The position numbers and the translations under genes were made by a program. DNA of 64,000 bases from a virus (Duplodnaviria > Caudoviricetes). Position 1 is the first letter of the stretch. Each line of letters opens with the position of its first letter. This document shows positions 27,339-37,422 of this stretch, piece by piece. The notes below the pieces were generated by a model, which had not been told where the DNA came from, ran no database searches, and saw nothing but the letters and a program-made list of their open reading frames with translations. The stretch lies in IMG/VR virus record IMGVR_UViG_2912838376_000002, positions 32,001-96,000 of that record; one strand, given 5' to 3'.

Positions 27339-27989
27339 TTAACCAATAATTGCTCTTTCAATTACATCAATAGAACCAGATTGAACACCTTGTCCTAAAG
27401 CTTTGAACTTCCAATCACCGCTATGTTTGTAAAGCTTACCAAGAACTACTCCACGCATTCCCTTGAATTCATCTAATTCATAGCGTACTAACTCATCGTT
27501 GGTTTCAGAATTCAAAAGACGTACATATGAACCTCTTAATCGTCGGTCATTAAAATCGTTAGCTCCTGAGAAGATGTTTGCAATAACATAAATCTCTTTA
27601 ACAGCCGGATTAAGTTTTTGAAGATCTACATAGATTTCCTCATTGTCTACTTCACCGAACTGATTGTTACCGCTGCGGTCATCACCTGCATGGTAAACAC
27701 CTTGAGCACTACGCATTGCATAGTAAACACGGTCTACCTTACGACCCTTTTCATCTAGTAAAATAACTGCAGAGTCAACATCGATTGCTCCACCTGACAT
27801 AAATGATTCACTAGAACTAGAACGACGACCGCCACCGAAGATTGCAGATAAAAGACTTACTTTTTCCTTTTTCTCTTCCTTCTTCTCAATTAGTGCTCCC
27901 CATCGTAAACCTAATGTCACTTTACGTAGACTTGAATTTTCTTTTGCTAATACAACTGTTTGACCAGCTTTAATAAGATTGATAGCCAT
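27339..27989 (-). CDS. TerD/TerZ family protein
   Basis: LGLRW...IDVDSA...HAGDDRSG...DNEEIYVDL...WKFKALG. Confidence 0.88.
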   Translation of the reverse strand: MAINLIKAGQTVVLAKENSSLRKVTLGLRWGALIEKKEEKKEKVSLLSAIFGGGRRSSSSESFMSGGAIDVDSAVILLDEKGRKVDRVYYAMRSAQGVYHAGDDRSGNNQFGEVDNEEIYVDLQKLNPAVKEIYVIANIFSGANDFNDRRLRGSYVRLLNSETNDELVRYELDEFKGMRGVVLGKLYKHSGDWKFKALGQGVQSGSIDVIERAIIG

Positions 27990-28048
27990 ATATAAATCCT
28001 CCCCGATTTGTTTTGCTTATAAGTTACATAAAATTTATCCCTATTTCC

Positions 28049-28255
28049 CTATTTCTTCAGACGTTTCTTTTTGAATTCAATAATCGTAGTAGGGACGATG
28101 AAAATTGCTAAAGCCATAAAAACAATATCTATCCATAATGCTGTATCAGATCCCACAATGGCACGATGAGCAGAATCGATAAAGATAAAGAACCACCCTA
28201 CAATAACAAACACATCAACACCCATTTGAAACTTCGTAGATTTTATAAATTTCAT
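28049..28255 (-). CDS. Small membrane protein
   Basis: Two TM segments. Confidence 0.6.
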   Translation of the reverse strand: MKFIKSTKFQMGVDVFVIVGWFFIFIDSAHRAIVGSDTALWIDIVFMALAIFIVPTTIIEFKKKRLKK

Positions 28256-28773
28256 GCAGACCTTCCTTTCTTTAATTCTCTGTATCTCTTTCGATAATCA
28301 TCCAGTTCTTTTCGAGTAGAACTTAACTGTCTTCTCAATGAAGATACGATAGAAGGACTTGCACTTTGGAAAAGCTTGTCCGACTCTCTTGATAATGATC
28401 GAATCAATGAATCTTTTAATACTTTCTCTTCCACTAATAGCTTTTGCTTTTTGGCTTTCTTAACGCACATTCCGTTAACATAAACACCTACATGAGATGG
28501 GATTTCATCTTTAACCTTCTCAAATAATTCTTTAGGCATTACAAAGTAATTGAAATGTCCGCAAAACGTTTTCTTTGCTTTACTTCTAAAGTCAGCAAGT
28601 GAAACTTTAATTTCATAGCATCGCCAAACGCCCTTAGTGTCATAAGTCATATAATCGACTCGTTCATTGCCATTAAATCCGATAGTGACTTCAAAACAAC
28701 CAAAGACACCCATCTTTTTTGTAGCAAAGTATATCTGTCTTTCTAATTGAGTTGTTAATGCTGTTTTAGCTAT
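28252..28773 (-). CDS. MmcB-like PD-(D/E)XK nuclease, probable ATA start
   Basis: FEV...RVD...YEIKVSLADF. RBS AGGAG lies 9 nt before the in-frame ATA at 28773. Confidence 0.65.
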   Translation of the reverse strand: MAKTALTTQLERQIYFATKKMGVFGCFEVTIGFNGNERVDYMTYDTKGVWRCYEIKVSLADFRSKAKKTFCGHFNYFVMPKELFEKVKDEIPSHVGVYVNGMCVKKAKKQKLLVEEKVLKDSLIRSLSRESDKLFQSASPSIVSSLRRQLSSTRKELDDYRKRYRELKKGRSA

Positions 28774-28842
28774 TCAAATCAACTCCTAATGTATTCACAC
28801 GAACAATAAACAATCTGCTATTTCAAGTAGGATAATTCATGT

Positions 28843-29733
28843 CTAAGCAGCTTTGCAGTTGTTTAAATTGTTAGCATAGATTTTGCTGTGATTCATTTCT
28901 CTTGCTCTTTCCTCTTGAATCTTCCTAAGTCTTTCCTTGTCCTCTTCTAATGCAGCTTCTGCTCTTTCTATCATGTCATCACTCAAAGCTCTGAACTGGA
29001 GAAACCCCGCTTGCATATGTAAATCAAGGTGTTTAAACATTTCACCGAATTCTGTTTCCCAAGATACACGTTTACTTACAGTATCTTCGATTGTAATTTT
29101 ACCGCCCTGTTTATAGACGAAGATTTCACACATAGGAGACTTATTATCATTTAAGAAAGCTTTACCAAGAAACACTACGTCACTATGGTAAGATAGTACT
29201 GTTTTAATTTCAGAATAAGAAAATTCTCTTACCTTACTCTTTCGTTTTCTTGTTGTGCGTTGTGTATTTAAATTCATTAAATCTATTTTCAAACTATCAC
29301 GCTGAGATTTTACGCTTACTAAACTTTGATTTAGTTTAGCAATCTCTTTGTCTTTTTCTTTTAATTGATTTTTGTATTTGTCAGCAACTTGTTTTAATGC
29401 GTCTATTTCGCCTTTTGGATCATATTCCATTTGCTCAAGACTTTCCCAACAAAAATTACTCTCATCAATTTCAATCGACATGATAGATGAATACTTCTTG
29501 CTTGAGTTGTATACTGGCTTCCATTTGTTAATGAAGTACAGTTCTAATACACTCATATCTGACTCACTATCTAATTCAATACACTCTACTACGGATACTT
29601 GTTCATAACATTCCTCCGGCAAATGACCGTTCTTTCCGAAATGTTGTCGCATCCTATTCTTTATGTTGTTGGTTTTGCCGACGTATATGATTTGGTTCTC
29701 AACGTCAAGAAACCTATAAACGTAAAAATCCAT
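28843..29733 (-). CDS. GIY-YIG nuclease with coiled coil
   Basis: YVYRF...IIYVGKTNNIKNRMRQH...LELYFINKWKPVYN. Confidence 0.8.
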   Translation of the reverse strand: MDFYVYRFLDVENQIIYVGKTNNIKNRMRQHFGKNGHLPEECYEQVSVVECIELDSESDMSVLELYFINKWKPVYNSSKKYSSIMSIEIDESNFCWESLEQMEYDPKGEIDALKQVADKYKNQLKEKDKEIAKLNQSLVSVKSQRDSLKIDLMNLNTQRTTRKRKSKVREFSYSEIKTVLSYHSDVVFLGKAFLNDNKSPMCEIFVYKQGGKITIEDTVSKRVSWETEFGEMFKHLDLHMQAGFLQFRALSDDMIERAEAALEEDKERLRKIQEERAREMNHSKIYANNLNNCKAA

Positions 29734-29800
29734 CAGTAAAACCTCTTTCTATATTGCTAATAAATAAAGACCGAACCCCAGTCAGGAATTCAGTCTTTAA

Positions 29801-29829
29801 AATAGAACCATTTGTTTTCAATTTGTCAA
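29801..29829 (-). promoter_or_regulatory. Promoter with AAAACAAATGG motif, immediately followed by a terminator-like hairpin (29764-29798)
   Basis: TTGACA-N5-AAAACAAATGG-T-TCTATT. Confidence 0.55.
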
Positions 29830-29840
29830 TAGGTCAAAAA

Positions 29841-31376
29841 TTATGCTGCTTGAAGTCGCGCACGAATTTCACTTAATGATTCATCGCGCATAAGCTTTCC
29901 ATCAACAAATACATCTTGTAATAAATCTACATCTTTAAGCGCATTTGCTTGTTCTTTATTTAAACCATCAATGCCAATGATACCAAAGTCATCATCTTCT
30001 GTTACTACTACACGACCACGTTGAGATTTCTTAGTTCCATCATCTGTTTTTGGATCCTTGAACAATAAGCGCTCTTGTCCATTTACTACAGCATATGTAG
30101 CTTTCATAGCAAAACCTAAAGAATCGCGAGTTTGATATTGGAAAGTATAAGATCCCACGCCGAATACAACGTTTGTTGAAGCGAAGCCTTTTTCTTCTAA
30201 CTTCTCAACAATAGCTTTTGCACGCTCAAGAGTAATAGAGTCGCCATAGATTGCACCAATATGAGTATCTAACAGTTTGTAACCCTTCTCAGTAATTGTT
30301 CCACCAAAGATATCCCATAAAGCTTCAATTAAGCCTTTACGTTCAAGTTCTGTTTCTCCTTCTGGGTTACCAGTAAGAATAAGAACAGGATCTCCACTAT
30401 CAGGACGAATAACCATACGGCCATCACGTTCCATGATTTCCTTCTTAAGACGAGGAAGGATTTCTCCTACTACTACCCAGAAATCATACGTGTCAGAAAC
30501 TACACTGAAGAATCCTTTAGGGTATACCTCAGTTACAAGACGCTTGTACATTGCGAATTCATCACGGTTATCCGCATCTGTATTAGCACTCATTACTGAA
30601 TGTTCAGTAGCTGGGATAGAAGTTCCTACTAATTCTTTTTCGATGTTCGCATTATAATAATGCTCAAGGTAAGCAATAGCTGGAACCGTATCTGTTCCTA
30701 CGAATGATAATAAGTGTCCTGCTCCACTTGCCATAGCAGACTCTAAGCTGCTCATTCCACGCATAGAGAAATCGTGTGCTTGAAACGGTACATCATTTGC
30801 ATGACCTACTGTTTTCATAGCCATATCAATTAATAACTTGCGGTACTGATAAGAAACAGTCGCACTTGTCATTGGTAACCAAATTTCATTCGACATAATT
30901 GTTTCAAGATAGTTAGTAATCCAGAAAGTAGATACAATGTCTGGTCGTGTGTTCTCAACAGATAAAACTGGTACCTTGATTGGCGCTAGCGTTCCTTCTG
31001 GTAATGCTTTCACTTGTAACGGCATATATCCTAACTTGTGAAGTTCAATGATGTGTGCAGCATTTGGCTCTTCAATAAATAAAGTGTGTTTCATGTAACG
31101 AACATATTCTGCTACTACATCCTCAAGTGGTCGGTTAAAGAAATTCTCATTGAAGTAATCGATTAGATATTTCTTAACAAAAGATTGAATACCGAATACT
31201 ACTACTTTGTCTGCATATGGCATGTAGCGATTGCTACGTGGAGTAAACGTAGAGTAAATTACTTCCGTACCTTCTGGGTATTGATCAATATGGGACGTTT
31301 TATAATAGTCACAAAGTAACATTGGTGGACAAACCGGTTTCGCTTTAAATGATGTTAAATTTTTATCGTAAGTCAT
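29841..31376 (-). CDS. Nampt/NadV-family protein, probable Namat of NARP1
   Basis: DYYKTSH, HDFSMRG, PATEHSV, SVVSDTYD, IRPDSGDP, YGDSIT, KDPKTDDGTKKS. Confidence 0.9.
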   Translation of the reverse strand: MTYDKNLTSFKAKPVCPPMLLCDYYKTSHIDQYPEGTEVIYSTFTPRSNRYMPYADKVVVFGIQSFVKKYLIDYFNENFFNRPLEDVVAEYVRYMKHTLFIEEPNAAHIIELHKLGYMPLQVKALPEGTLAPIKVPVLSVENTRPDIVSTFWITNYLETIMSNEIWLPMTSATVSYQYRKLLIDMAMKTVGHANDVPFQAHDFSMRGMSSLESAMASGAGHLLSFVGTDTVPAIAYLEHYYNANIEKELVGTSIPATEHSVMSANTDADNRDEFAMYKRLVTEVYPKGFFSVVSDTYDFWVVVGEILPRLKKEIMERDGRMVIRPDSGDPVLILTGNPEGETELERKGLIEALWDIFGGTITEKGYKLLDTHIGAIYGDSITLERAKAIVEKLEEKGFASTNVVFGVGSYTFQYQTRDSLGFAMKATYAVVNGQERLLFKDPKTDDGTKKSQRGRVVVTEDDDFGIIGIDGLNKEQANALKDVDLLQDVFVDGKLMRDESLSEIRARLQAA

Positions 31377-31402
31377 AATAAATTCCTCCTGGTATAAGTT
31401 AA

Positions 31403-32263
31403 TTAAGCAGCTTCTACTGCGTCCTCTTGTTCTTCTTCGTTTTCTTCCTCACTCCACATTGGGTAGATAATTTCTACCTTCTCGTGAGTTGATTCATCAA
31501 TGATTGAATCAGAAGTGTAAACCTTTGTAATTAAATCTGATTCAGGGATTTTCCCTTTGAAGATACTGTCTTCACAATGAGTAACAGCAAGGAAAATGTC
31601 TCCTGCTCCTAGTTCTTTTAATGATGCAGCGCTCATCATAAATGTGCCGCCAAATGAACTTAAGTCATCAAGGATAATTACTTTTCGACCTGGTTCGATA
31701 TCACCGATAACTTGTAAACTCTCAATCATACCTGTCTCAACGTTACGTTTCTTGAAACCTACTAATTCATTAGGAAGTCCTAGTTTGCTATAACGTTTTT
31801 GAGCGCCTGCATCTGGGAAAAATACATAATCCTTTTCTGTATCAAACTCAATTTTTTCTGAAACAAGTTCGAATAAATGAGCACCATCTTCAAGTGCAAT
31901 ACAGTTATTTAATAAAGCAACAGCGACGTCTGAATGAGATTCGTGGACGTAGATTTGACTAAAATTAAGTGAATTAATAAAGTCGCATACATATTTCAAG
32001 GTGAAAACATCGCTGCCCATACGTCGATCCATACGGCTATATGGCATATAGGTAATATCTAAAATCGTACCTTTGCTTGAAGACTCATCTAAGAATCGTT
32101 TAAGCATCATTAATTTAAAGAAATCATCATCTGATTCATATTTGAACATGATGTAATTCTCAGTAAAAAAAGATAAGGCCTTTGTGATTTGTTCCCCATC
32201 TATTTTCGTTTCTCCATTTGGAAACTTATTAAATTCAATTACTTTACCATTGAGTTTAATCAT
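31403..32263 (-). CDS. Prs-like pyrophosphokinase, probable Adps of NARP1
   Basis: FPNGE, YMPYSRMDR, FPDAGAQKRY, ILDDLSSFGGTF; directly upstream of the Nampt-like gene. Confidence 0.85.
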   Translation of the reverse strand: MIKLNGKVIEFNKFPNGETKIDGEQITKALSFFTENYIMFKYESDDDFFKLMMLKRFLDESSSKGTILDITYMPYSRMDRRMGSDVFTLKYVCDFINSLNFSQIYVHESHSDVAVALLNNCIALEDGAHLFELVSEKIEFDTEKDYVFFPDAGAQKRYSKLGLPNELVGFKKRNVETGMIESLQVIGDIEPGRKVIILDDLSSFGGTFMMSAASLKELGAGDIFLAVTHCEDSIFKGKIPESDLITKVYTSDSIIDESTHEKVEIIYPMWSEEENEEEQEDAVEAA

Positions 32264-32318
32264 AGCTATCTCCTTTTGTATAAAGCCCAGCTAAATAGCC
32301 GGGCCTCCCATTTTGTTT

Positions 32319-32753
32319 TTATGCAAAGTGCTTCTTAATTACTTCTTGTGCAAATGAACCATCGACCTTACCTTTGTTGTCCTTCATAAGGATGCCAGTC
32401 ACTTTACCAATGTGGTCACCTTTTTGAACACCTTTAGATGTTAGGAAAGAAACGATTTCTTCTTCCGTCATCATCTTTGGTAAGTAAGTTTCGATAATAA
32501 CAATCTTTGCTTTTTCTGATTCAACAATATCCTCACGGTTTGCTTTTACAGCTTCAGCAAGAGCTTGTTTTGTTTGTTTAAGCTCACGTTGAACTACTCC
32601 TACTTCTTCTACTTCAGTAAGAGGAGCACGCTTTTCTTTCTCTGCAGCAGCTAAACCTGCGCGAATTAAAGTGATGATGTTTTTCTTCATCACATATTTG
32701 TTTCTCATTGCATCTTTTAATTCAGCCATTAAACGCTCATTTAAAGTTGTCAT
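32319..32753 (-). CDS. GatB/YqeY domain protein
   Basis: LKDAMRNK...ELKQ...YLPKMMTEEEI...GKVDG. Confidence 0.85.
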   Translation of the reverse strand: MTTLNERLMAELKDAMRNKYVMKKNIITLIRAGLAAAEKEKRAPLTEVEEVGVVQRELKQTKQALAEAVKANREDIVESEKAKIVIIETYLPKMMTEEEIVSFLTSKGVQKGDHIGKVTGILMKDNKGKVDGSFAQEVIKKHFA

Positions 32754-32772
32754 TGTATTTCCTCCTAGTTTA

Positions 32773-33210
32773 TTAATAACCTTGAGTTACATAATCCAAG
32801 TTAACCTCGGCTGTAAAGTCATCAAGTGTTTTGATACGCACTTCTGGTCCATTGAATCCATAGGAATCCTCCCAATAATGTGCATATGTATCTCCTCGAT
32901 GCACTAACACCACTCGGCCCTTAGCGAATGTTCCATTTTTCTTTCTAGGGATTTTGTCAAACAAGTCTTTCCAATCCCAAGGCATGTATCTTAAGATGGC
33001 ACGGAAACGATCTTCATCTTCTTGTCGTTCCTCTGCAGTCCATCTCTGATCACCCCAAGCATCTTTGTTAACATGGTTAATACCATATTCCTCATCATCA
33101 GGGTCTACATTGAATAATGGAGTCAACCTTTGAGTTAGGCGGTCAATATCACCAGACAAGGTGAACTCGCGCCCTTTTTCATCCTGTTCTCTATATAAAA
33201 TGTTTTCCAT
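32773..33210 (-). CDS. Hypothetical protein
   Basis: ORF within the operon. Confidence 0.65.
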   Translation of the reverse strand: MENILYREQDEKGREFTLSGDIDRLTQRLTPLFNVDPDDEEYGINHVNKDAWGDQRWTAEERQEDEDRFRAILRYMPWDWKDLFDKIPRKKNGTFAKGRVVLVHRGDTYAHYWEDSYGFNGPEVRIKTLDDFTAEVNLDYVTQGY

Positions 33211-33212
33211 AG

Positions 33213-33461
33213 TTACTCACTACTCCCTATCTCATTCTTCTCTCCAAAAGCTAATGGAAGAAGGAACATAATAATTGCAGCAATAATACGAATAAATACA
33301 TCGTAGGTATCTATCTCATCTAATTTGTAGGAATAGGCAGTAGCTATAACTCCACCTATTGCCCATCCATAAAAGAAATATCTCAATGTCCATAAAGGTT
33401 TCTTACAACACTCAAGAGTTTCTTTTATCTCTCTTTTAAACGATTCAACAAATTTCTTCAT
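33213..33461 (-). CDS. Small membrane protein
   Basis: Two TM segments. Confidence 0.6.
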   Translation of the reverse strand: MKKFVESFKREIKETLECCKKPLWTLRYFFYGWAIGGVIATAYSYKLDEIDTYDVFIRIIAAIIMFLLPLAFGEKNEIGSSE

Positions 33462-33478
33462 GTTGTGATTCTTCCTCT

Positions 33479-34684
33479 CTATCCATTCACCATCTGAGCA
33501 TAACGCTGAGCCCCTGCTTCAGGAACTTCCCGTGAGTAAGCCATTTCAGGTATGAATTCAAAGAACAGTCTTCCCTTAAAACTACTAAACTTGTTTTTAC
33601 CAACTTGAACTTCATAAACTGGTTGTTTGTTAGGGTTGTCAGGTCTCATCCAATGAACCGTTGATTGTTGACCGCGAAGGGAAACCTCGTTGTAGCAAAG
33701 CATTACAGCTTTTGCTTCATATAGAATCTTAACTGAATCACGTAAGTCATCAGATGTTGGTCTTCTGTTACCGTTTAGCTTTCTAAACTCTGCTGTACAT
33801 ACAATAGGACAGTCATATTTAGTAGCAATTTTAGTTAGTAAATCGGCAATATGGTCATACTTTTCTCCACCGGATTTACTACGAAGCTTTTCATCACCAA
33901 TCGTAATATCATGGAAGTTATCTATGAATACAACTAATTGATAAGATGGATCTACTTTCTGTAGTTCGACATGATACGCTTCCATTGTTTCTTGAATGTA
34001 TTCGATATCAGAACCATTGTTTACGTCTTGCATGTTGATGTAATCTGCAGATTGTTTTAGAGCAATCACACCTTGAGCACGTTTTTCCATGTAGGTAGCA
34101 TTGTCTTGATACTTTTTAGGAAATCGAACAACGTTAATTGGAATACGTTGATCAATCGCAACTAAACGAGGTAATAACTCATTGTTGTTATCATCTAAAG
34201 AGAAATATAAGACAAACGCTTTTCTTGGTCTTTCTTTCGTAACTACTTGGTTTGATTGTGAAATCTGCCATGCTAATTGAAGCATGAATGATGATTTACC
34301 GATGTTGGATTGACCACCTATTAAATGAACTCCAGTATTCAATCCTTCAAAGGCTTTGTTTAAACTATCAAATCCCCAGTCTAATCCACCCATCTCACCA
34401 CGATTCCACGAGTATTCTTCTACTGCATCAATCGTATTAAGCATCTTGGTTCGGAAGAACGGGACTACATCGCCCGCTACTTCCCGAACAAGATCTGGTG
34501 TGATTTCATTTGGATTCATTTCAAAACCTGGTGGGTTTGCTACTACATTAAAAGGAACAACATTTTCTTTTGGCTTGTCCGCTTCAGCTAGGTCTTCTGC
34601 TGTTGGCCAAAATAGTTCTTGTCCAGCATTAGCGAACGGACTTGAAACAGTTTCTTGGTTTTCTGTTATTGGTTGTGCAAACAT
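33479..34684 (-). CDS. DnaB-like replicative helicase
   Basis: Walker A GGQSNIGKSS, YFSLD, VFIDNFH, RPTSDDLRDS, KNK. Confidence 0.85.
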   Translation of the reverse strand: MFAQPITENQETVSSPFANAGQELFWPTAEDLAEADKPKENVVPFNVVANPPGFEMNPNEITPDLVREVAGDVVPFFRTKMLNTIDAVEEYSWNRGEMGGLDWGFDSLNKAFEGLNTGVHLIGGQSNIGKSSFMLQLAWQISQSNQVVTKERPRKAFVLYFSLDDNNNELLPRLVAIDQRIPINVVRFPKKYQDNATYMEKRAQGVIALKQSADYINMQDVNNGSDIEYIQETMEAYHVELQKVDPSYQLVVFIDNFHDITIGDEKLRSKSGGEKYDHIADLLTKIATKYDCPIVCTAEFRKLNGNRRPTSDDLRDSVKILYEAKAVMLCYNEVSLRGQQSTVHWMRPDNPNKQPVYEVQVGKNKFSSFKGRLFFEFIPEMAYSREVPEAGAQRYAQMVNG

Positions 34685-34710
34685 TGATTACAACTCCTTA
34701 GTCATGATGT

Positions 34711-35826
34711 TTAATTACTCTTGTAGAATTTACAGTCTTCTCTGCACGTAGCAGGACAAGACGCATAGGTTTTAATCGTGTTACAACCATAAACATAGTG
34801 ACCTTTGAAATTGGATCTAAAGAGTGTTTGCAGTTCTCTTTCTGGCAGACTACCATTGTTCCATTCGACTAACATATCCCACGCTTCTTGTTCTGAGTAT
34901 CCTCTCTGTCTCCAAAAAGCAACTATCATACTAGCGATATGATTTCTAGCACCTTTAACGGGTCCGTTATCAATCATCTCTGCATAACACGGTGGGTCAA
35001 AATCAATCGTTTGTGCTTCACCTGTTTTGCTAAATGTTTTCTTAAATCGTTGAACAAACTTATGCTCAACTTCTTTAAAATAACGAGCTGCTTCCGGAAT
35101 TACTCTTGGTTTGTCATACTTAATCCAAGAGCCATAGTTTGGATCTTTACTTAATTGCTGAATGTCTGCTTCTGAACGAGCCAACAAATTCTTTAATTCC
35201 ATTGGTACTTTATAAGAACCTGTAGAAGGATGTTGGCTTCCTTTTAACCTGAACAAGCGACGACGTTCATACACTTTCATATCAAGTGTTTGGTTTGGTG
35301 CAAATGGCATTAATTCTTCTGCCATAATTCGATACATGCGGTCTAAATGAGGATGCCAGTCAACACCGAAACAATGATATGGAACGGTAACATGAATCCC
35401 CTTTTTGCCGCTAAAGAAAACCTTAATCATATTTGCAGGTATTCTATAATTCGGACTAATCGTAAGATGCTGAATGATACGAAGTGCATCTTCTTGAGCC
35501 TTCTTAATATCATCTTCATCATCGAAATCTAAATAAAAATCTCCACGAAGATCCGCTGTATAAGGGTCGCTTGTGCTATACTGAAAAGCTGTTGCATACA
35601 AACCCCATCCAGGATTCTTCTGTATATAATCAAAACAATGCTGATGATAGTTCATCCAGTTCACTTCACGATACTCGTTACGGATAAACATATTGCCTTC
35701 CTTTGTTGGCTTATTACGACCAAATTCCACATAGAATGGTTTTGGTTGTACCATTGATTCAGGCATAGTCGGTGTCTTAACCTCTGCTGCTGCAGGGTGA
35801 TTAGCTAATTGCCCTTGGTAGAACAC
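34711..35826 (-). CDS. Archaeo-eukaryotic-type primase-polymerase with PriCT/Cys-rich C-terminus
   Basis: YLDFD, FSGKKGIH, RLFRL, GARNH, C-terminal Cys cluster. Confidence 0.85.
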   Translation of the reverse strand: MFYQGQLANHPAAAEVKTPTMPESMVQPKPFYVEFGRNKPTKEGNMFIRNEYREVNWMNYHQHCFDYIQKNPGWGLYATAFQYSTSDPYTADLRGDFYLDFDDEDDIKKAQEDALRIIQHLTISPNYRIPANMIKVFFSGKKGIHVTVPYHCFGVDWHPHLDRMYRIMAEELMPFAPNQTLDMKVYERRRLFRLKGSQHPSTGSYKVPMELKNLLARSEADIQQLSKDPNYGSWIKYDKPRVIPEAARYFKEVEHKFVQRFKKTFSKTGEAQTIDFDPPCYAEMIDNGPVKGARNHIASMIVAFWRQRGYSEQEAWDMLVEWNNGSLPERELQTLFRSNFKGHYVYGCNTIKTYASCPATCREDCKFYKSN

Positions 35827-36550
35827 GGTCTAAACCCTCCTCAAAACAAGTATTTTTTCTAGCTTCATGCACTAATAACGCTTCTGCTTCAAAGTGTTGA
35901 ATATCAAGCGGAGATTTAGGCATCGGCTTTCCGTTGTCTAAGGAACATGTAAATGCTTCATCTATTAAATAGAAGATAAAATCTACATCCCAAAAACGGA
36001 GCATATGATCAAAGGCACCTATATCCCTCGACAATGTAGCTTCTGGAGTTGGTGAATTCGTTTTAGAATAAAAATAATCAACAAGATCTTTTTTCGTAAT
36101 CTTATCGACTATCTCTAAATAAAACGGTTCATCATCATATGAAGCTTCAATTGTTCCATCATCCGAAATCTTTAGCATCGGAGGTGGTGGTGTTAATTGA
36201 AGCCTTGGGTGGAAATAAAATTGCCCAGGTACTAATAAGTTGTCAGGGTCCCTATACGGTTTCCTTACATATTGGATATTGTGAGCATCTAAGATACTAC
36301 TCGGTTTATAGAAAAGACCTTTTTGAGAATTATCCTTTTCCTTATCAAATAGTTCGTGGAATTGTTTAGCTGTAACAGATCCCCCTGCTAAGATTTCTCC
36401 AATATCATTAATAACTTCTTTTTTATAATTAGAGTCACAGTTAATTTTTCCGTGAGCATCTTTTTTAAAATCTTTAATCTCATCCATAAACCTTGAGGCA
36501 AGGACAATCATTTGATTATTCAAGTTGGTCTCCCCTTTCGTTTCTCTCAC
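35801..36550 (-). CDS. Hypothetical protein in the replication operon
   Basis: Overlaps the primase start. Confidence 0.7.
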   Translation of the reverse strand: MRETKGETNLNNQMIVLASRFMDEIKDFKKDAHGKINCDSNYKKEVINDIGEILAGGSVTAKQFHELFDKEKDNSQKGLFYKPSSILDAHNIQYVRKPYRDPDNLLVPGQFYFHPRLQLTPPPPMLKISDDGTIEASYDDEPFYLEIVDKITKKDLVDYFYSKTNSPTPEATLSRDIGAFDHMLRFWDVDFIFYLIDEAFTCSLDNGKPMPKSPLDIQHFEAEALLVHEARKNTCFEEGLDRVLPRAIS

Positions 36551-36644
36551 AGGAGCGTTTGTAACATAACCCCTTTTAGAAGAAAGTCAAGATAATAAAA
36601 AAACAAGCGGATAATTACCCGCTTGCTGTTTCGTAAATATAGAA

Positions 36645-37115
36645 TTATTCAGACTCAACTTCTTCTTGAATCTTTTCTTCTACTACTATCTCCTCTACCT
36701 TTTCTTCTACCGGTTCTTTAACAACTGGTACTAAGGTAGCGTTAGTTAAGATAGCTTTATACATTTCTAATTCTTCTTCATCGATATTGCGAAGCAAGTA
36801 ATCAAAAACATATACTTCTAGCTTTTTACCTTCTAACTTATCAGCAGCTTTAACAAAGCTAACATAGTTGCTTAAACGTTTCTGACTATCATTCTTAGCA
36901 ATTGATGCAGATAAAGTTAACTTAGGAAGATACAATGTTTTATTCTTTAAAAGAACTAACAGTTTATCCGCAATCTCGTTGTCTTGGTTTGCTCCAAGAA
37001 CAGTAGCTTTTGCTTTTTTAGTAGTCGCATTAGTTAAGTTTTTGAATAGCTCAATCGCTTCATCAATCTTCTTCATGTAATCCATTTTTAGCACCACCTT
37101 TCCGCAATAACTCAT
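36645..37115 (-). CDS. Hypothetical protein
   Basis: ORF track; start uncertain. Confidence 0.6.
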   Translation of the reverse strand: MSYCGKVVLKMDYMKKIDEAIELFKNLTNATTKKAKATVLGANQDNEIADKLLVLLKNKTLYLPKLTLSASIAKNDSQKRLSNYVSFVKAADKLEGKKLEVYVFDYLLRNIDEEELEMYKAILTNATLVPVVKEPVEEKVEEIVVEEKIQEEVESE

Positions 37116-37242
37116 TACAACCTTTCCATAATTAAAAAATCAATCCTAATCATGAACAACAGTTAGGAATTACCCAAACAAGAGTTTGACAATACCTACC
37201 ACTAAAGGTTGTTGTATATCTGTAAGAGAGGTGACAAAAAAA

Positions 37243-37419
37243 GTGACGAACCGAAGAAGAAAATACGAATTCGCGGAAAAGTGGGTAGAATGCCTTAACT
37301 GTTCCCAAGAATACGTGATTGAGTATGTAATTGACGAGCGAGATACAAAAGGTTGCCCGGTCTGCGGATCTCATGCTTATGAAGATCCCGCAAATGAATA
37401 TAGCGATTGGGGCGATTAA
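37243..37419 (+). CDS. Zinc-ribbon protein
   Basis: CLNC...CPVCGS; RBS GAGGTG before GTG 37243. Confidence 0.6.
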   Translation: MTNRRRKYEFAEKWVECLNCSQEYVIEYVIDERDTKGCPVCGSHAYEDPANEYSDWGD

Positions 37420-37422
37420 ACA

